A DNA stretch of 63,986 nt, filler included, from Collodictyon triciliatum (taxonomy: Eukaryota), in assembly GCA_043381765.1 (NCBI GenBank). It is 6 parts of 6 records of this genome, joined end to end, with 100 filler letters (N's around TTAATTAATTAA, not from the genome) between each part and the next. Parts side by side here need not be neighbours in the genome. Positions count along the whole stretch, not along the records: positions 1 to 31,585 come from JBHJMP010000150.1; 5 more parts are not named here. The stretch is one strand, 5' to 3'. This document shows, piece by piece, positions 1 to 13,319 of this stretch. The notes under the pieces are model-generated. The model did no database searches, was not told the origin of the DNA, and was given only the letters and a program-made list of their open reading frames with translations. Both the position numbers and the translations under genes were made by a program. Numbering within the stretch: position 1 is the first letter of the stretch; every line of letters starts with the position of its first letter.

Positions 1-76
<76 letters not shown>

Positions 77-99
77 TAACAATAATAACAATAATAATA
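1..99. repeat. (AAT)n microsatellite
   Basis: Direct (AAT)n/(AAC) run. Confidence 0.95.
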
Positions 100-100
100 C

Positions 101-325
101 ATGAGCATCCTGCTCTTGCGCAAATCTCAAACTCAGCGGACGGACTCCATTGACGGCAGCCGTGGGAATGCGGTACGAAGCAGGATCACCAAGGACTATT
201 CGCCCACGCTGGAGAAACGACCGCAGAGCAGGCTTCGGTGTCTTTGGCATGTGCGGTCGGCCGATCAACGGCAGAAACGAAGGCTCCACAGGCGCGTTTT
301 CTAGGCTGCTGCTCATTTCTCCCAT
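101..325 (-). CDS. Probable first exon of a hypothetical protein; gene runs off the window
   Basis: ATG at 325 opens MGEMSSSLENAPVEPSFLPLIGRPHMPKTPKP...QEQDAH, ending at a GTATTA donor into the microsatellite. No recognised domain. Confidence 0.35.
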
Positions 326-967
326 GCAAGATCGGGATGCAGTTCAAGAGCCAAAACTTGTAAGCCGCAGCTACTCGAGGCAGGTCTTGCTGTTTCGTAG
401 TTTGAACTTTGATTGAGTGCGTTTCTTTCGTTATTAAACGGGGGGTTTGCCTCTAACCCAGCCTGTTTTTCTTTTTCCAAGAGGCAGGATGTGCGGAAGA
501 GAAGGAAGAGAAAGATAGCATGGTTGTTGGCACGGGCGCCAATAGCAAAGCCTGTCGTGAATAAAAAAAAAATAAAATAAAAGGAGTACAATAGCAGATA
601 ACTGCAAAGTAGGCGATAACATTGACTGAAAAAACAAGTGTTTCGGACTCGCTCAGATTTTTGTTTTTACAGCGGGCCGCAACGGTGTAAATTTTTCTTT
701 GACGAAATAAATATATTCCACATATGAATGAATCTGCATTTATTGAGCACCACATTCGCAGCCCAAGATGAATCACAAACGAGCATTGGTTGAATTGCGT
801 CGCCTTCACCCAACCCCCACAGAAACGAGGTCTTTTCTCAAGTAATAGTCATTCTGGTTCCCTCCTTTTTTTTCTCCATTTTTTTTTATTCTCCTTCAAA
901 TAGTCGCCACAAAGCCAAATGCGAAGAGATGTACACGCTTCATTACATGGAAAATATCCAGAGCCAC

Positions 968-1036
968 TAAAACGGCCTTATGTTTTTTTTTTTATTCTTC
1001 CTTTCAATTTTGTGCAGGATAAAACGGCCTTATGTT
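968..1036 (-). mobile_element. LINE family A 3' stub (35 bp) with 17-bp TSD
   Basis: TAAAACGGCCTTATGTT at 968-984 and 1020-1036 flanks the reverse complement of TCCTGCACAAAATTGAAAGGAAGAATAAA(A)n, which matches the 3' end of the LINE fragment at 14640-14679. Confidence 0.9.
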
Positions 1037-1215
1037 ATTTAACATAATTAATAGCGAGTTTGTTCCTCTTGATGTTTGCTCCCCTTATTTTTTTCATCTG
1101 CAAAGCTTTCTTGCTCGCCATTGCCACATCTTCCACTAATCAAGAAAAACATAGGAAAACAATAAAAAAAAAAAAAAAAGAAAAGAAAAAAGAAAGAAAA
1201 GAACAACAACTCGCA

Positions 1216-1606
1216 ATGTCCACATTCCCAGTCTGGGGTCGTAACATCGATGCGGCACTGCGAAGAATGAAGCGCCAGTTGTGGGCTGAGGGTGTTGTCC
1301 GCAAGTATCGCGATCAGATGGAGCACACAAAGCCGACCACACTTCGCGTCCAGAAGGAAACCATCCAATACAATCGCCTCAAGAAGCGCGAAATCCGCCA
1401 GACAATCAACCATCTGCTCCACAAAGCCAGAGAGTGCGCTTTTCTATACATACACAAACCATCTATACATATCTATACACATCTATACGCATACATAAAC
1501 CATCTATACACATCTATACATACAAATATAAATACATGCTTTTCTATCCCGCATGATTTATAAGTCGCGTTCTTATCAAAGGGAGGAGCAATCATCTCAG
1601 GAGTAA
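1216..1606 (+). CDS. MRPS21: Ribosomal protein bS21, probably mitochondrial; 2 exons
   Basis: MSTFPVWGRNIDAALRRMKRQLWAEGVVRKYRDQMEHTKPTTLR fits the S21 pattern (N-x-D/E-x-AL-R-x-x-K-R...KP). Short second exon 1582-1606. Confidence 0.8.
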
Positions 1607-2021
1607 CCACAACATGCTTGTGACGCCCGCGGTCCAAATAAACCAATTAGCAACACATGTCCCGAATGATCACCGATTACAGACAATTCTATTTGCACAT
1701 CCCCTTACTTTAAAGCCGCGCTTTTTCTTGAAATACATGGTGATTACAATATAAGAACACAGTATCAGAATATACATACACCTGCACCAGCTGGAAATTT
1801 TTTTTATGATTTATTCAATCTTTTCTTCTTTTTTTTTAATTAAATCCGTGCGCAAATCCAATCCTTTAGTGTAGCGATGTGTGATTGCGCCGTGGTGGGG
1901 TATCATCTTTGTATGTTTGTTAGTTCGTTCGTTTGTTTCTTTTTTTTCTATTCTTTTTCGTGTCCAGTGCAAAAATGATGCAGACCGAGGCAGGAGAAAG
2001 AATGGTGCCGCACACGGTGGG

Positions 2022-3235
2022 TTACGGGTCAGGATGGTTGATTTCACCCTGCATGGCTCGGCTGCTGGCCACGCTGAAGGACAGAAGCGACGCGTCCACG
2101 ACCTTCTTGGCTTTTCTGGGGCCCTTCTTTGCGGCATCTGCTGCTGCTGCTGCTGCTGCGCTCTGGGCCGCAGGCTTTGGCTTTGGCTTTGGCTTCTGCT
2201 GTGGAGTCGTCTGCGGCGTCGGCTTTGCACCCTGCAGGTTCAGCGACGTCACCACAGACGCTTCGCGACACTCGGCCCGTTTGCGGCGGATAAACTCGTC
2301 GGCAAAGACTCCGACCTCCGGTGTGCGTCCGAGGTTGTCCATGATTAGTTCCCGCGTCTCGGTCGTGTCTTCACTCAGGAAGTAGTCCAGTAGGCTTGGG
2401 TCCGCTGTGATGATGATGATGGCGATGATGATGGTGATGATGATGGTGATGATGATGGTGATGATGATGGTGATGATGATGGTGATGATGGTGATGATGG
2501 TGATGATGGTGATGATGATGTGATTATAGAACATGCCGTCTTTCATGAGTCGCTCGAGAGAATGGTGCGCCCAGTTGAGAAAATCTCTGGAGATAACCAG
2601 GTCAATACCAAAGCATGTTCTCGTGACTTCCTTGGAATCTGGAGAGTTTTGTAGGGAAATTCAGTGGTGAGCTTGTTATGTATTCATTATTCTTGTTTTT
2701 TTAAGGTCTTAAGTAAGAAAAAAAGAAAAAGAAAAAGAAAAAGAAAAAGAAAAAGAAAAAGAAAAAGAAAAAGAAAAAGAAAAAGAAAAAGAAAAAGAAA
2801 AAGAAAAAGAAAAANAAAAAGAAAAAGAAAAAGAAAAAGAAAAAGAAAAAGAAAAAGAAAAAGAAAAAGAAAAAGAAAAAGAAAAAGAAAAAGAAAAAGA
2901 AAAAGAAAAAGAAAAAGAAAAAGAAAAAGAAAAAGAAAAAGAAAAAGAAAAAGAAAAAGAAAAAGAGATGAGAATTGGATTCGGTGCGATGATATATTAG
3001 ATGCATGGGAAATGGCAAAAAAACATCGATTTGTGGGTTCGTGGTTGTTGAAATAAATTCTATCCAGAGAAGACTTACCAGGATTTTGGTGCTTTTCGGA
3101 TGAGAAAGAGATAGTGTCGTGCTTCTTTTTTGGTGGGAGGGCAGGGAAGTCATCGGCGCTAAGCATATGATATTGAGGTTTGTATGTAAGAATGGAAGGA
3201 CTGAGTATACAAGCATTCCCTAGAGCATAGATGGG

Positions 3236-3267
<32 letters not shown>

Positions 3268-6057
3268 TTGTTTTTGTTGTTGTTGTTATTTCTCTCTCCC
3301 TGCGAACATATACGATAAAGCCATAAACATTTATCATAAGGATTGGTTATATGACATTTGATTACGTGGGGACGACCCCTTTGTTTGACTGCATCACCGT
3401 CTTTGGATAAGTTAAAGGAGCAGCGGGTGTGATTGGGTTTGTGACTGCCTTCGCAGACTTTGCTTGTGGCCGAGACCCAGGGAGGGCGGGGAAATCCTCT
3501 CTACAGGATGCGTGCAGAGCAAAACATATTAAGAAAAATACACAGGCATATTTACAAATGAATCGACCGGTGTGATTCTCCTTCGTGAGATCTACACACA
3601 TGTATATAATCACTGAGATACTCTTCACTGGTGAAATAAGTAGCGATGTTTCAGGTCTTCCCTTTTTCTCTCTTCTTCGTTATAGAAACATCCAAAAAAA
3701 AATATGAGCGATAACAATGACAAGAAATACTATTACGTACTCTTTGATTGGTGCGGACTCTGGTTGTGCACTCTTTGTTGTTTGTGCAGGTTGTATGGGT
3801 TGAGTAGAAACTGGCGAAGCGAGTGTCGGCGAAATGGGTGTTTGCTTGACCACGACCCCTGCTGCTGTTGCTGTTGATGATGGCGGTGGGACATTTGCAT
3901 CAGACCCCCAGAACATGTCCTCCTCATCATTATCCTGGGCTGGAGGGACCGCAGGAACCACAGGCTATATTATTATTATTTCAACTACAGTGGTCAAAAT
4001 ACTGACCATGATAATATCACTGAAAACGTTTTGATGAAATACAAGGAAAAAAATAGTATAGTTAAACATAGTAGACAACAACTCTACGATTATACCTTTG
4101 TAATAATCGACACAGTACTCAGCAGAGAATTCGCATTTGCATTTGGCTGCTGCTTGGCAGAGGCAGGTTTCTCTGCTGGCTTCTGTGTTGACGACTTCTT
4201 GTGCTCTGGAGCCTCCTTTACTGGCTGACCAACAGGATTCGTTGGTCGACTATCTGAAATCGGTGCAGAAGCTGATGCAGAAGCTGGCGCAGAAGCTGAG
4301 ACAGAAACTGGCACTGATACAGGTGCACTCTGTGATGAGGTCTGACCCGCGTTCGTCTTCTTTTCAGCATCCAGAATCTCCATGATCGACAGCGGCTTAA
4401 TCTTGGAGGGAGTCGGGATGTCCCATACAATAAACGTGGATTTGTTTGGAGTTCCGTCAACGACTGCCGCAACGACCTTTGCCTGCTCGTTGGCCAATGA
4501 GGAGCCCGCTTGTAAGGATGAAGCGGAGGGGGCAGTACTTGAAGGTTGTTTACTTTTCTCCAATGCAGCGCGTCGTAGCTCTTCTTCCTGGATTTCCTTT
4601 AGACTGGGAGTGTGCGGCTTCTTTGCAGCAGTTGTCACATTCCACGCAGATTTGGAATCGACAGGTTTCTGTTCCACAACAACGGCGACATTTGATGCTT
4701 GTCGAGTCGAATAGGTCTTCACCTCTTCATCCATGATGCTCTTAAGTGAGTCGACGTTCTTTGGCTCTGCAATCTTCGCCCACGACGCGGCAGGCTTGGT
4801 TGCCTCTGCAGCGTGTCCAGAGTCTGCCTTGGAGGTCGAAGTCAATTTTTGGGACTCGCCTTTGGTCGCCTGTTTTCCTTCTGCTTTTGTTGTAGAGGCC
4901 TTTTTGGAATCAGAAGACCCCGAGGTGCGTGCAGATGTCTCATCTTTCCTTCTCGCGGCAACAGATGGCAGCGGTGGGAATGCATTCGGATCATCTGAGA
5001 CGATAGGTGCAGCAGTCGGTTCTTTCAAGATGGGGGCAGGAAGAACAGACACTTGATTGCCAGTCATTACAGGGTAAGTGTGTGGATTCTTTGTTGGGGC
5101 TGTCTCGGTCGTGGACTGGATTGGTAAAGGTTCTGCTTTCTTTACTGGATTTTCACTTGCCGCTGGAGGTTGGTTAGTCTTGACTATCTGGATTCCCTGA
5201 GGAGGAACATGATTTTCCTGTATGACTGGCTTATCTTGCGGAATACTCTCGCTTGGATGTTCGCTTCTCTGCTCCTGTGTTTGTGATGACTCTTGTGTTT
5301 GTGGTGTCTGTGGCTCTGCACTGCCCCATATCATTTTGGACCAATCCTGAGCCTGTTGTGGCTGCATTTGGGGTTGCGTTTGTGGTTGCGTTTGTGGCTG
5401 CGTTGCTTGTTGAGTGAGCACCTGGGCAAATGAAGGATTTGGATACTGACCAGTAAATTGCTGGGGATAGAGACCAGGAAATCCTTGTGAGGCAGAATGG
5501 GGTTGAGCCGCCATTTGTTGAGGAAGAGAAAGATTCGCACTTTGGTCGAATAGCTGCGGATTCATGGCAGAAGCTTGCATCACGGGGAGGAATGCTTGCA
5601 TAGAGCGCATCAGATATGTCCTCTTCATTTCGAATTGGCGAGATTTTTCGATAAATAAGGCTTCATACTCTGCGATTTGCTGCCCGCCTTCGGGTGTTCT
5701 GGTAAGTTTGAGTTGCTCGATGTTATGGTAAAGCATTTGAAGCGCTGCATATTCGTGCTGCAAGGCAATCATAAGCTCCATATGATTCGACATAACCGGG
5801 TTGATTCCATAGCCTGTGGCCGCCATTTGCTCAGGAAACATTCCTACACGGGCGGCTGCTTGCATTTGCGATACAACTTGTGGGTTCATGGAATGCATCG
5901 GAGGTACGTTTTGTTGTGGGTTGAGTCCTGGATACGCGGTCGAAGGGTTCCCCGCAGCGCTACCAAACATACCAAAAGAGTTTCCTGGGAACACACCTAT
6001 TTATTTTGGTTCAAACTTAATATGAGAAAAAAATTATGCTGAGGTGCAGTGCAAAGT

Positions 6058-6089
<32 letters not shown>

Positions 6090-7637
6090 CGATGCGTAAA
6101 AATTAGGGGGCCATTTTATTAATAAAAANNNNNNNNNNNNNNNNNNNNNNNNNNNNNNNNNNNNNNNNNNNNNNNNNNNNNNNNNNNNNNNNNNNNNNNN
6201 NNNNNNNNNNNNNNNNNNNNNNNNNNNNCCTACTCCTCCCCACAAAAACATAAAAAAAAAAAAAAAATATCCGTTGGGTCATTTATTTTTGTTTTTTTTT
6301 TTTTTTTTTTTTTTGCGATGCGACAAAATCAGAGGGCACATTAATAGAATAAAAAAATTAGCATGAACTTGATAAACTTTCTTTTATAGAAACTAACCTG
6401 AGGGAAATGGAATTCCATCGTTGGCAGGCTTCCGTCCAGAAAAATCTTCTGTAAAAGGAGAGATAGGAGAAGAATCTGGGGTATCTGATGAAGGTGCCTT
6501 GTATGACAGGAATATTGGTTGGGTTGTTTGAAGGATGGATTCCAAGGGGAAGAAGGCCTTATCCTGCGTCGTTTTTATCAGGAGTGTTGGCTGGAAAAGT
6601 CCCATTCCGTACCAGTATTGCATTTGGTTGTCTGAAAAGGGGCCCTGGGTCTTTTGGTTCTGATCAACATAGAACCAACGTCCTTCTCTCAGGTGAGATG
6701 CCGGAGTGTCCGTAAATGAAGAGTCCTGGGTAACAGGAGCAGTTGTATATCCAGAGAACGTGGGTGTCGATGACTGCTGCAATCTTGCGAATGGGTCGAA
6801 AGACTGCTCAGGCATTAAGCCTGGTTGTGGTCCATTTTCATGGACACCTTCAGCCATTTCTGCTGGCAATTTGGGGGAATAGGGCTTCTGGATAGGGGTT
6901 GGGGTTGTCCCTCTGGCAGGAATTGGCCATGGAGCGAGGCCGTCCGCTTCAGTCTCTATCTTTTCTCTGAATTGATGAAGCCTGCTCCCCGCAGGTAGTG
7001 CAGATTCTGTTTGGCTCGACGAGTCGACTTCGGTATTTTCCAGAGAAGGTGTAACAGGTGTTGAAGAAGGCAGTGACGAAGATATTCGACCAGGTTTGTC
7101 AAAGAAAGTGTCAGTTTGATTGCTTGTCTTTGGTTGGTTCGCAGCCATTTGTGCAGCCATTCTCTCCTTGAATTCTTGCTATTAACGTATGATGCGTCAA
7201 ACGAAAAAAAAAAAAAGGAAACAAAAAATAATCATGTTGATAATAAACGAGTAGAAGGAGGAATCTCCAGGGAGGGAGGGAAGGAAAGGAGAGCCTACTC
7301 TCTTTGGGTGCACATGAAAAAAAGTGTGAAAAAAAGGCTGCCCGATTATACATACCCTTCCGATTGCCACAGGGTCTAGATAAGTGGACGATTCATATGC
7401 CTTGGATTCGTCCTGAGACGGTTTTTCGGGCGCTTTTGTCTTGGACGAGACATCAGTACCCTTCATTCTCGACTCCAAGAAATCGTCGAAATCTAACACA
7501 AGACAAATCATCAATACAGACTAGCCCCATCATTTCATATGAAGATGTATAAGCACACACATACACATACACATACATACATACACACAAAAAAAAACTT
7601 TAAAACTTGGTGTGATTATCCTGCAGGCACATGAAAC

Positions 7638-7682
<45 letters not shown>

Positions 7683-8692
7683 GATGAGAAAGAGAGAAAA
7701 TGCAATAGTCATATGCCCCAACTAACCAGCACGAGCCGATGATGCGAACGCACTGGAGCTACCGAGTATATTGGGCCTTGAGCGCTATACAAAGCAGAAG
7801 CACACCGCATATTCAAATCTAAGCATCCTCATCCAATTCTTTCATATAAGAGAAAAAAGAGAAAAAAAGAGAAAAAAGAGAAAAAGGAAGGGAAAAACAA
7901 AGGCCCAGTAGAACAGACCTCAGGATAGTCTGGAATCCTCCGCTCGACCAGATGCGAGACGGGAGGCAGCGAGCACTCGGAGAGGATGTCGGCCAGCGCC
8001 TCGTCCACCCTGTCCATTGTCGTGGGGCGATGCAGCCGCAGAATATCGCGCTGGGAATAGTACGGTACATCCCTCCTCTGGTTCGCCGGATAGTCCGCCA
8101 GCACCGCTTGAGGCTGCGAGTGCGGCCCTGCCGAGGACTGCGCGTCCCTCCCCGCGTAGAACGCTGCACTGCGGCCGTGCACATGAGAATGCGGATGCGG
8201 ATGGGCCCCGGAGCGGCTGCCGTGGTGGGGAAAAGTCGCCGAGGCCGTGGGGCTGCCCGCATTCCCTGTGGACGGACCAAAGCCCGCCGGCCGCGGGTGG
8301 TAGCTGCGCGGACCGTGTGCGGCCTTTGGGGAGAGGAACGGCTTCGCGGGGGCGGCTGAGTCGTCGGCGGCCTTTGGAGGCGGCGACGGGGGCGGCGCGG
8401 TGGCTGTGGCTGGCGTTGTGGCTGTGGCTGTGGCTGTGGCTGCTGGGCTGGTGGGCGACGGGGCCGGGGAGGTCTGGGAGCCGAAGCGGAACGCGTTTTG
8501 GTTGTCCTTGTCTGCCTTGCCGCCTTTGAACCACGACGGGCGCAGTGCTGTGGCTGGCGTTGTGGTTGTGGCTGTGGCTGGCGTTGTGGTTGGAGTTGCG
8601 GTTGTGGCTGTGGCTGGCGTTGTGGTTGTGGTTGCGGTTGCGTCTGCCGGCGGGGCGTGCACGTCGATGCGCAGGCCGCGTGGTTGGCTCAT
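2022..8692 (-). CDS. GIGYF: GIGYF/Smy2-like GYF-domain translational repressor; multi-exon
   Basis: N-terminal 4EHP-binding-type motif YYSQRDILRL; GYF domain WFYVDQNQKTQGPFSDNQMQYWYGMGLF; repeated SLxxIxxEE motifs; C-terminal DNLGRTPEVGVFADEFIRRK and VDASLLSFSV...GEI as in GIGYF. One junction (~3078 to ~2640) is unresolved. Confidence 0.85.
2408..2524. repeat. (CAT/CAC)n microsatellite filling a 132-bp GC-AG intron
   Basis: Direct repeat inside intron 2405-2536 on the minus strand. Confidence 0.9.
2717..2965. repeat. (GAAAAA)n microsatellite, intronic
   Basis: Direct repeat; source of spurious poly-KR and poly-F ORFs. Confidence 0.95.
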
Positions 8693-10845
8693 TGTGGAAG
8701 GGGTTTGTATCTTTGGTCGCCTCTTTTGATTATTATTATTATTATTGTTTATATTGCTTTTTTTTTTTAAAAAAAAAAAGGGAATTGTTTAGTTTTGTAG
8801 TTACGTACTCTCTGTGTATTCTTGATGTTTTGTTCTGCATTTTAGTGGGGTGGGAGGCACATGTTGGGTGCTTTTTTTTCTCTCTTTTTTTTTTATGTGT
8901 GTGTGTGTGTGTTTGTCTCTGAGAATCAAAAAGCGAAAAATGTGTGCGGTTGTTGGGGCTTCGCTTGTTGTCTGGATTCTGTGTGCCTGTTTGTGATTTT
9001 TGTGATCTTTGTTTTTGATTTTTGATGCGTTTGGTTTAGAGTGAAAATTCCAAAATTAGATACATTAATATAATATGGTATAAAAATAGATAAATTTGGT
9101 GTTTTCTTCGTTCCATCAGAATCATTTCTGCTGCTAAAGGTGACTGGGCGGTAATTGTGGGTTGTGATGACCCGGAAGGTTATGAGGGTTATTTACAATA
9201 ATCAATTATCATTATTATTTATAAAATTATTCTAATTAATTAAATGGTTGATATTGGCGGTAGAAAAATATGAAAACCACTATTTTCCAGATATATTAAA
9301 AACGCGTTGTTTGCGTTATTTGTGTTATTGACCACACAAGTATTCTAGTTTTGCGGAAGCGAAAGGTTTTTGAGAGATCTGGGCGTGTGCGGCGGACGAG
9401 TAGGCAGAAGCATGGGCAAAGGCGTGCCTTACCATTATCTATCCATCCATCAATTATTTAATTATTTAATTATTTATTTGATTATCTATGACATACGCTG
9501 CAAACCATAGATAAGCACTAGACGATTCTTGTAGACTACCACAGAAGACCACCAAACTATAAGAGATCACATTTATTCATTCTTTCATTTGCTTATTTAT
9601 TTATTTATTTATTTATTTGGTTGTTTGCTATTCATATTGCCTCACCTCGTTTGGTTGCAAAAGAATTTGTAAAAACAAGATAACATACAAGCAAGAAATA
9701 TAATTAAGTGGGTCTGAATGGACTTGGTTCTGTCTCCTCACTTTGTTGTTTGTCCAGTCTCACATAGTCATTTGCGTGTAGTGAAATACCTTTCTGTTCG
9801 GCATTCGGTTTTGGGTTCTACAAAAATACCGCACTAAATGTTTCTATGTTGCTTCTTCCAAAGCTCTCATACCGGGTTTCTGCCCACCCTCGGTTCGACT
9901 CTTTCGCCACCGCTTCTCCTTCGCCCTCGTTGCGCTTATTCCTGGCCGCATCCTTTCAACTCCATCGGATTCGCTTCAGTTTGTTTTACCACTCCTTCTG
10001 CCCTCGACTACACTATCCTTTTCTCATCGCCTCATCTCTTCCTCTTCCTTCTTCTTTTTTTTTTTTTTAAGCATCAGTTCATATTTATCTATAAAATACT
10101 TTTCACTCTTATACTGCCGAGTATAATTCAGAGTCTTTTAGGGAAAAGTTCATAGAAGGTCCATATTCACAAAAGAAGCGCCCTTGGTTTTCTGGCCCAC
10201 TTGGTAGTCTTTCTGCTTCGGGATATTTACCCGTGCTACTGTCGTATCTCTGGACTTGCCGAGAAAGAAAGAAAAAAGAAAGGAAGAGAAAACACTCTTA
10301 TCACATCCTTTTCTTGCTTTCCCTTGACCAAAGCAAACAGTCCATTGAATTGTCCCCGGTTTTTTTTTAAACCCAATTGTTGCTGTTTCAAAGTCTTCCC
10401 TCCTCGAACTTTGCGTTAAAGGACATAACTCTGCCTCACCGCAAAAGCTTGGAAAAATCCTAACCGAAAGAGCAGAAAAGAAAATAGAATAAGAAAGAAG
10501 ACACTAAATTTTCTCTTCAGTCTTTTAGTTTTTTTTTTCCAAGAGAAATACATCTTCCTTTTGAACAGCAACAAAGTACCAAAACAACTTTTGTTCGTAA
10601 GTGAATTTGTTGGGCTTGTTAAATTGCATAAAACATTGTATCATGGACTCATTTTCTTTTACCACATAAAGATATCAATAAGAAAAAAAAAAAGAGGCGC
10701 TATTCACAAATTACCAGTTTATATTATACTTTTAATTAATCGAGTTCTTATGCAATAGAACCGCCCTAAATTCCCTACTGCTGAAGAGTTGCTCAAACTT
10801 AACAACTTGGTCAGATAAAAACTGCGACTATAACCTGGCACTATC

Positions 10846-13319
10846 ATGAGTTCAACTGCAATTGAAGATCTTTCTCTTGTGGCATCTCCTTTGCCATCAA
10901 CAAACACATTTCCCTCAAAGAGTCAAACATCTTCGCCCAAGGATGCAACTGAAAAAACGGAGACGAGAGAGACTCGCTCATCCTCAATGTCTCGTCGCTC
11001 CAGTGGTTCTCGAAAGAGGGTAATACTTTTACATTACCTTCTCACAATTACACATTTTCATTTTGAATTATTCTATGTTTATGCCCATCGATTCCAAGGT
11101 TAAATAAAAGCAGCCTATGAAACACTTGCAGAACAATTTCTTATTTCTTTATTCATTTATTCAGACTTACTGAATCTTGCTATTCTAAGAGAAGTAACTC
11201 CACCACGCGAACCTAAACCAACCCCGAACCATTTTTAGAATTCACTCGTCCCTTATTTCGAATCATTTTTAGAATTCACTCGTCCCTTATTTCGAGCCAA
11301 TCAAAGCACCGTACTTGTATGTAAGCCAGCTTCGTCCTGATGCACCGATAGGGAAGCTAATTCCTCTTCTCCAAGAAAAGGGAGGTCCAATCATCGCCAA
11401 CCACTTTCTTGAGAACCAAACATTCGGCTTTGTCCACTTTTCTTCGACAGAAGCTGTCTCAGCAGCCGTCCAAGCACTTCACGGAACCACATTTCACGGA
11501 CACCCAATCCATCTGGAGCCGTGCGAGCGTATGACGCCCGGAATCGAATTGGTTCGAGTGAATCCAAGCTCAGCAAGCCCACAGTCTTCACAACCCTCCA
11601 GCCTCAGGATTGAAAAGCCTTCAAAAAAGGATGGCGCCAAAGCAGAGGATACTGAGACTAGACAACTTGAAGAGAAAGTTGAAAAATCTAATTCTCTTTT
11701 TGTTCGAAACTTTCCAGCCAAAACGCAGGAGGAGCTTTTGCGCTTCATGGCCGAAAAAGGGGTCCATCCATTGGAAGTTAGCTTACATTTCACCACGGAT
11801 GGTCGTGCCAATGGATTTGCATTTGCCATGTAATATTCGTGCATAAATAATCCCTTTTTTCTTCTACTCTTCTACTCTTCTACTCTTCTACTCTTCTACT
11901 ATTCTACTATTCTACTCTTCTACTCTTCTACTCTTCTACTCTTCTACTCTTCTACTCTTCTACTCTTATCCTTTTCCTTTTCCTTTATTTTTTTTTTGTT
12001 CAATCATTTGTTGGCATCTGGCTCTATGTGCATATCTTCAGACTTTCCCTTGAAGCACTTTCAATTCTTTTTTTTTTTAATCATAAAATATCTGACCACA
12101 GGTTTTCCTCTATTGATGAGGCATCATTGGCTTTTAATGTACTGGACAAATGCCCATACGGAAACCGAAAAATTAAAGTGGAGTGGAAGAGGCCATCTGC
12201 ACAACATTCTAAATCACCAGGTTGAAGCCTTGGTACTCGATGTACCAGAGTCTTTATTCATATTCATATACCACATGTACACAAATAAATACGAAGTGAA
12301 ACGGATAATAGAATCTCTTAAATCTCATGATACTATGCCAAATCTATCATGAAATCGAGCCTAAACTAATTGACAAAGCCTTACTGTAATGTAATTAATT
12401 GATACTCAAATTGCTATTTCCTTAAAAGGCAACGATGAGAGAGCTCACGGGAATCAAATCATCATGGACAAGCTGAGCGCCTTTTCAGCTAGTTCAGAAT
12501 CAAAGCTTGAATTACCAGATGTTCCAAAAAGTCAGGTATATCACGTGTTGAAATTTTTTTTCATATTCTTCACTTACCATATAGACAATTTTTTTTTAAT
12601 TCTGACCTATCCCCCAACCCTTTGCCAATGTCTTTTATCTATATGTATGGATTATACTTATACATTTGCGTCCAAACATAGCCAATTTAATACTCTTCAT
12701 AACAATACAACAGCACCGCGCTTTCATCGATGCTGCCACCAAACTAGGACTCAGTCACCAACTCAAGGGGGATGGACAAAGCCGGGTCCTTACAATATCC
12801 AAGCCCAACGCCACCCCAGAGCCCAGCGGAAGCCGTCCTTTGGTCGCAACAATCACAACAACACTGATGGACGGACAAGTCTCTATCACATCCCACGTCG
12901 TAATCAAAACGGTCGACGGCAAACAGGATTCTACAATAAGCCCACCTGCAAACGCATCGACCATTTCTCTACACACATCACAAACAAGCCAAGCCCCTTC
13001 TTCCAAGCCCCTCAGACTCACTGAATCTAGGTTAATACATAGAAAGAAAAAGTTGCACTCCTTTTTTTAAAAAAAAATCTTTCATTCATCATGCCATCAC
13101 TCAATTACTGCAGTTGCTATTTTATATGCACGAAGCCAAACCTGCATTATTCTTCATTCGATATTGCACTAGTGTTTACAGCAATTAACAGAAGCTGACA
13201 CGAGTATTTGCTGGTGCAGGCCACCACAGACATTGTACAGCCCTTCACGAGCACCAAAGGGCCCCGACGGATCAAAAGGATTCACCCACTTCCCTCGCAC
13301 AAAGGCTACGTCTGATTAG
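10846..13319 (+). CDS. RNA-binding protein: 2x RRM + degenerate R3H + C-terminal SUZ-C motif
   Basis: RRM1 LYVSQL...FGFVHF; RRM2 LFVRNF...NGFAFA; R3H-like KLGLSHQLKGDGQSRVLTISK; last exon SRAPKGPDGSKGF; GT-AG introns in phase. Confidence 0.8.

Noticed and set aside
2664-3337. Poly-KR, poly-F and poly-FL ORFs (also near 24000, 29600, 39100, 44600, 57700, 61300)
   Set aside because: Translations of microsatellites and N gaps.
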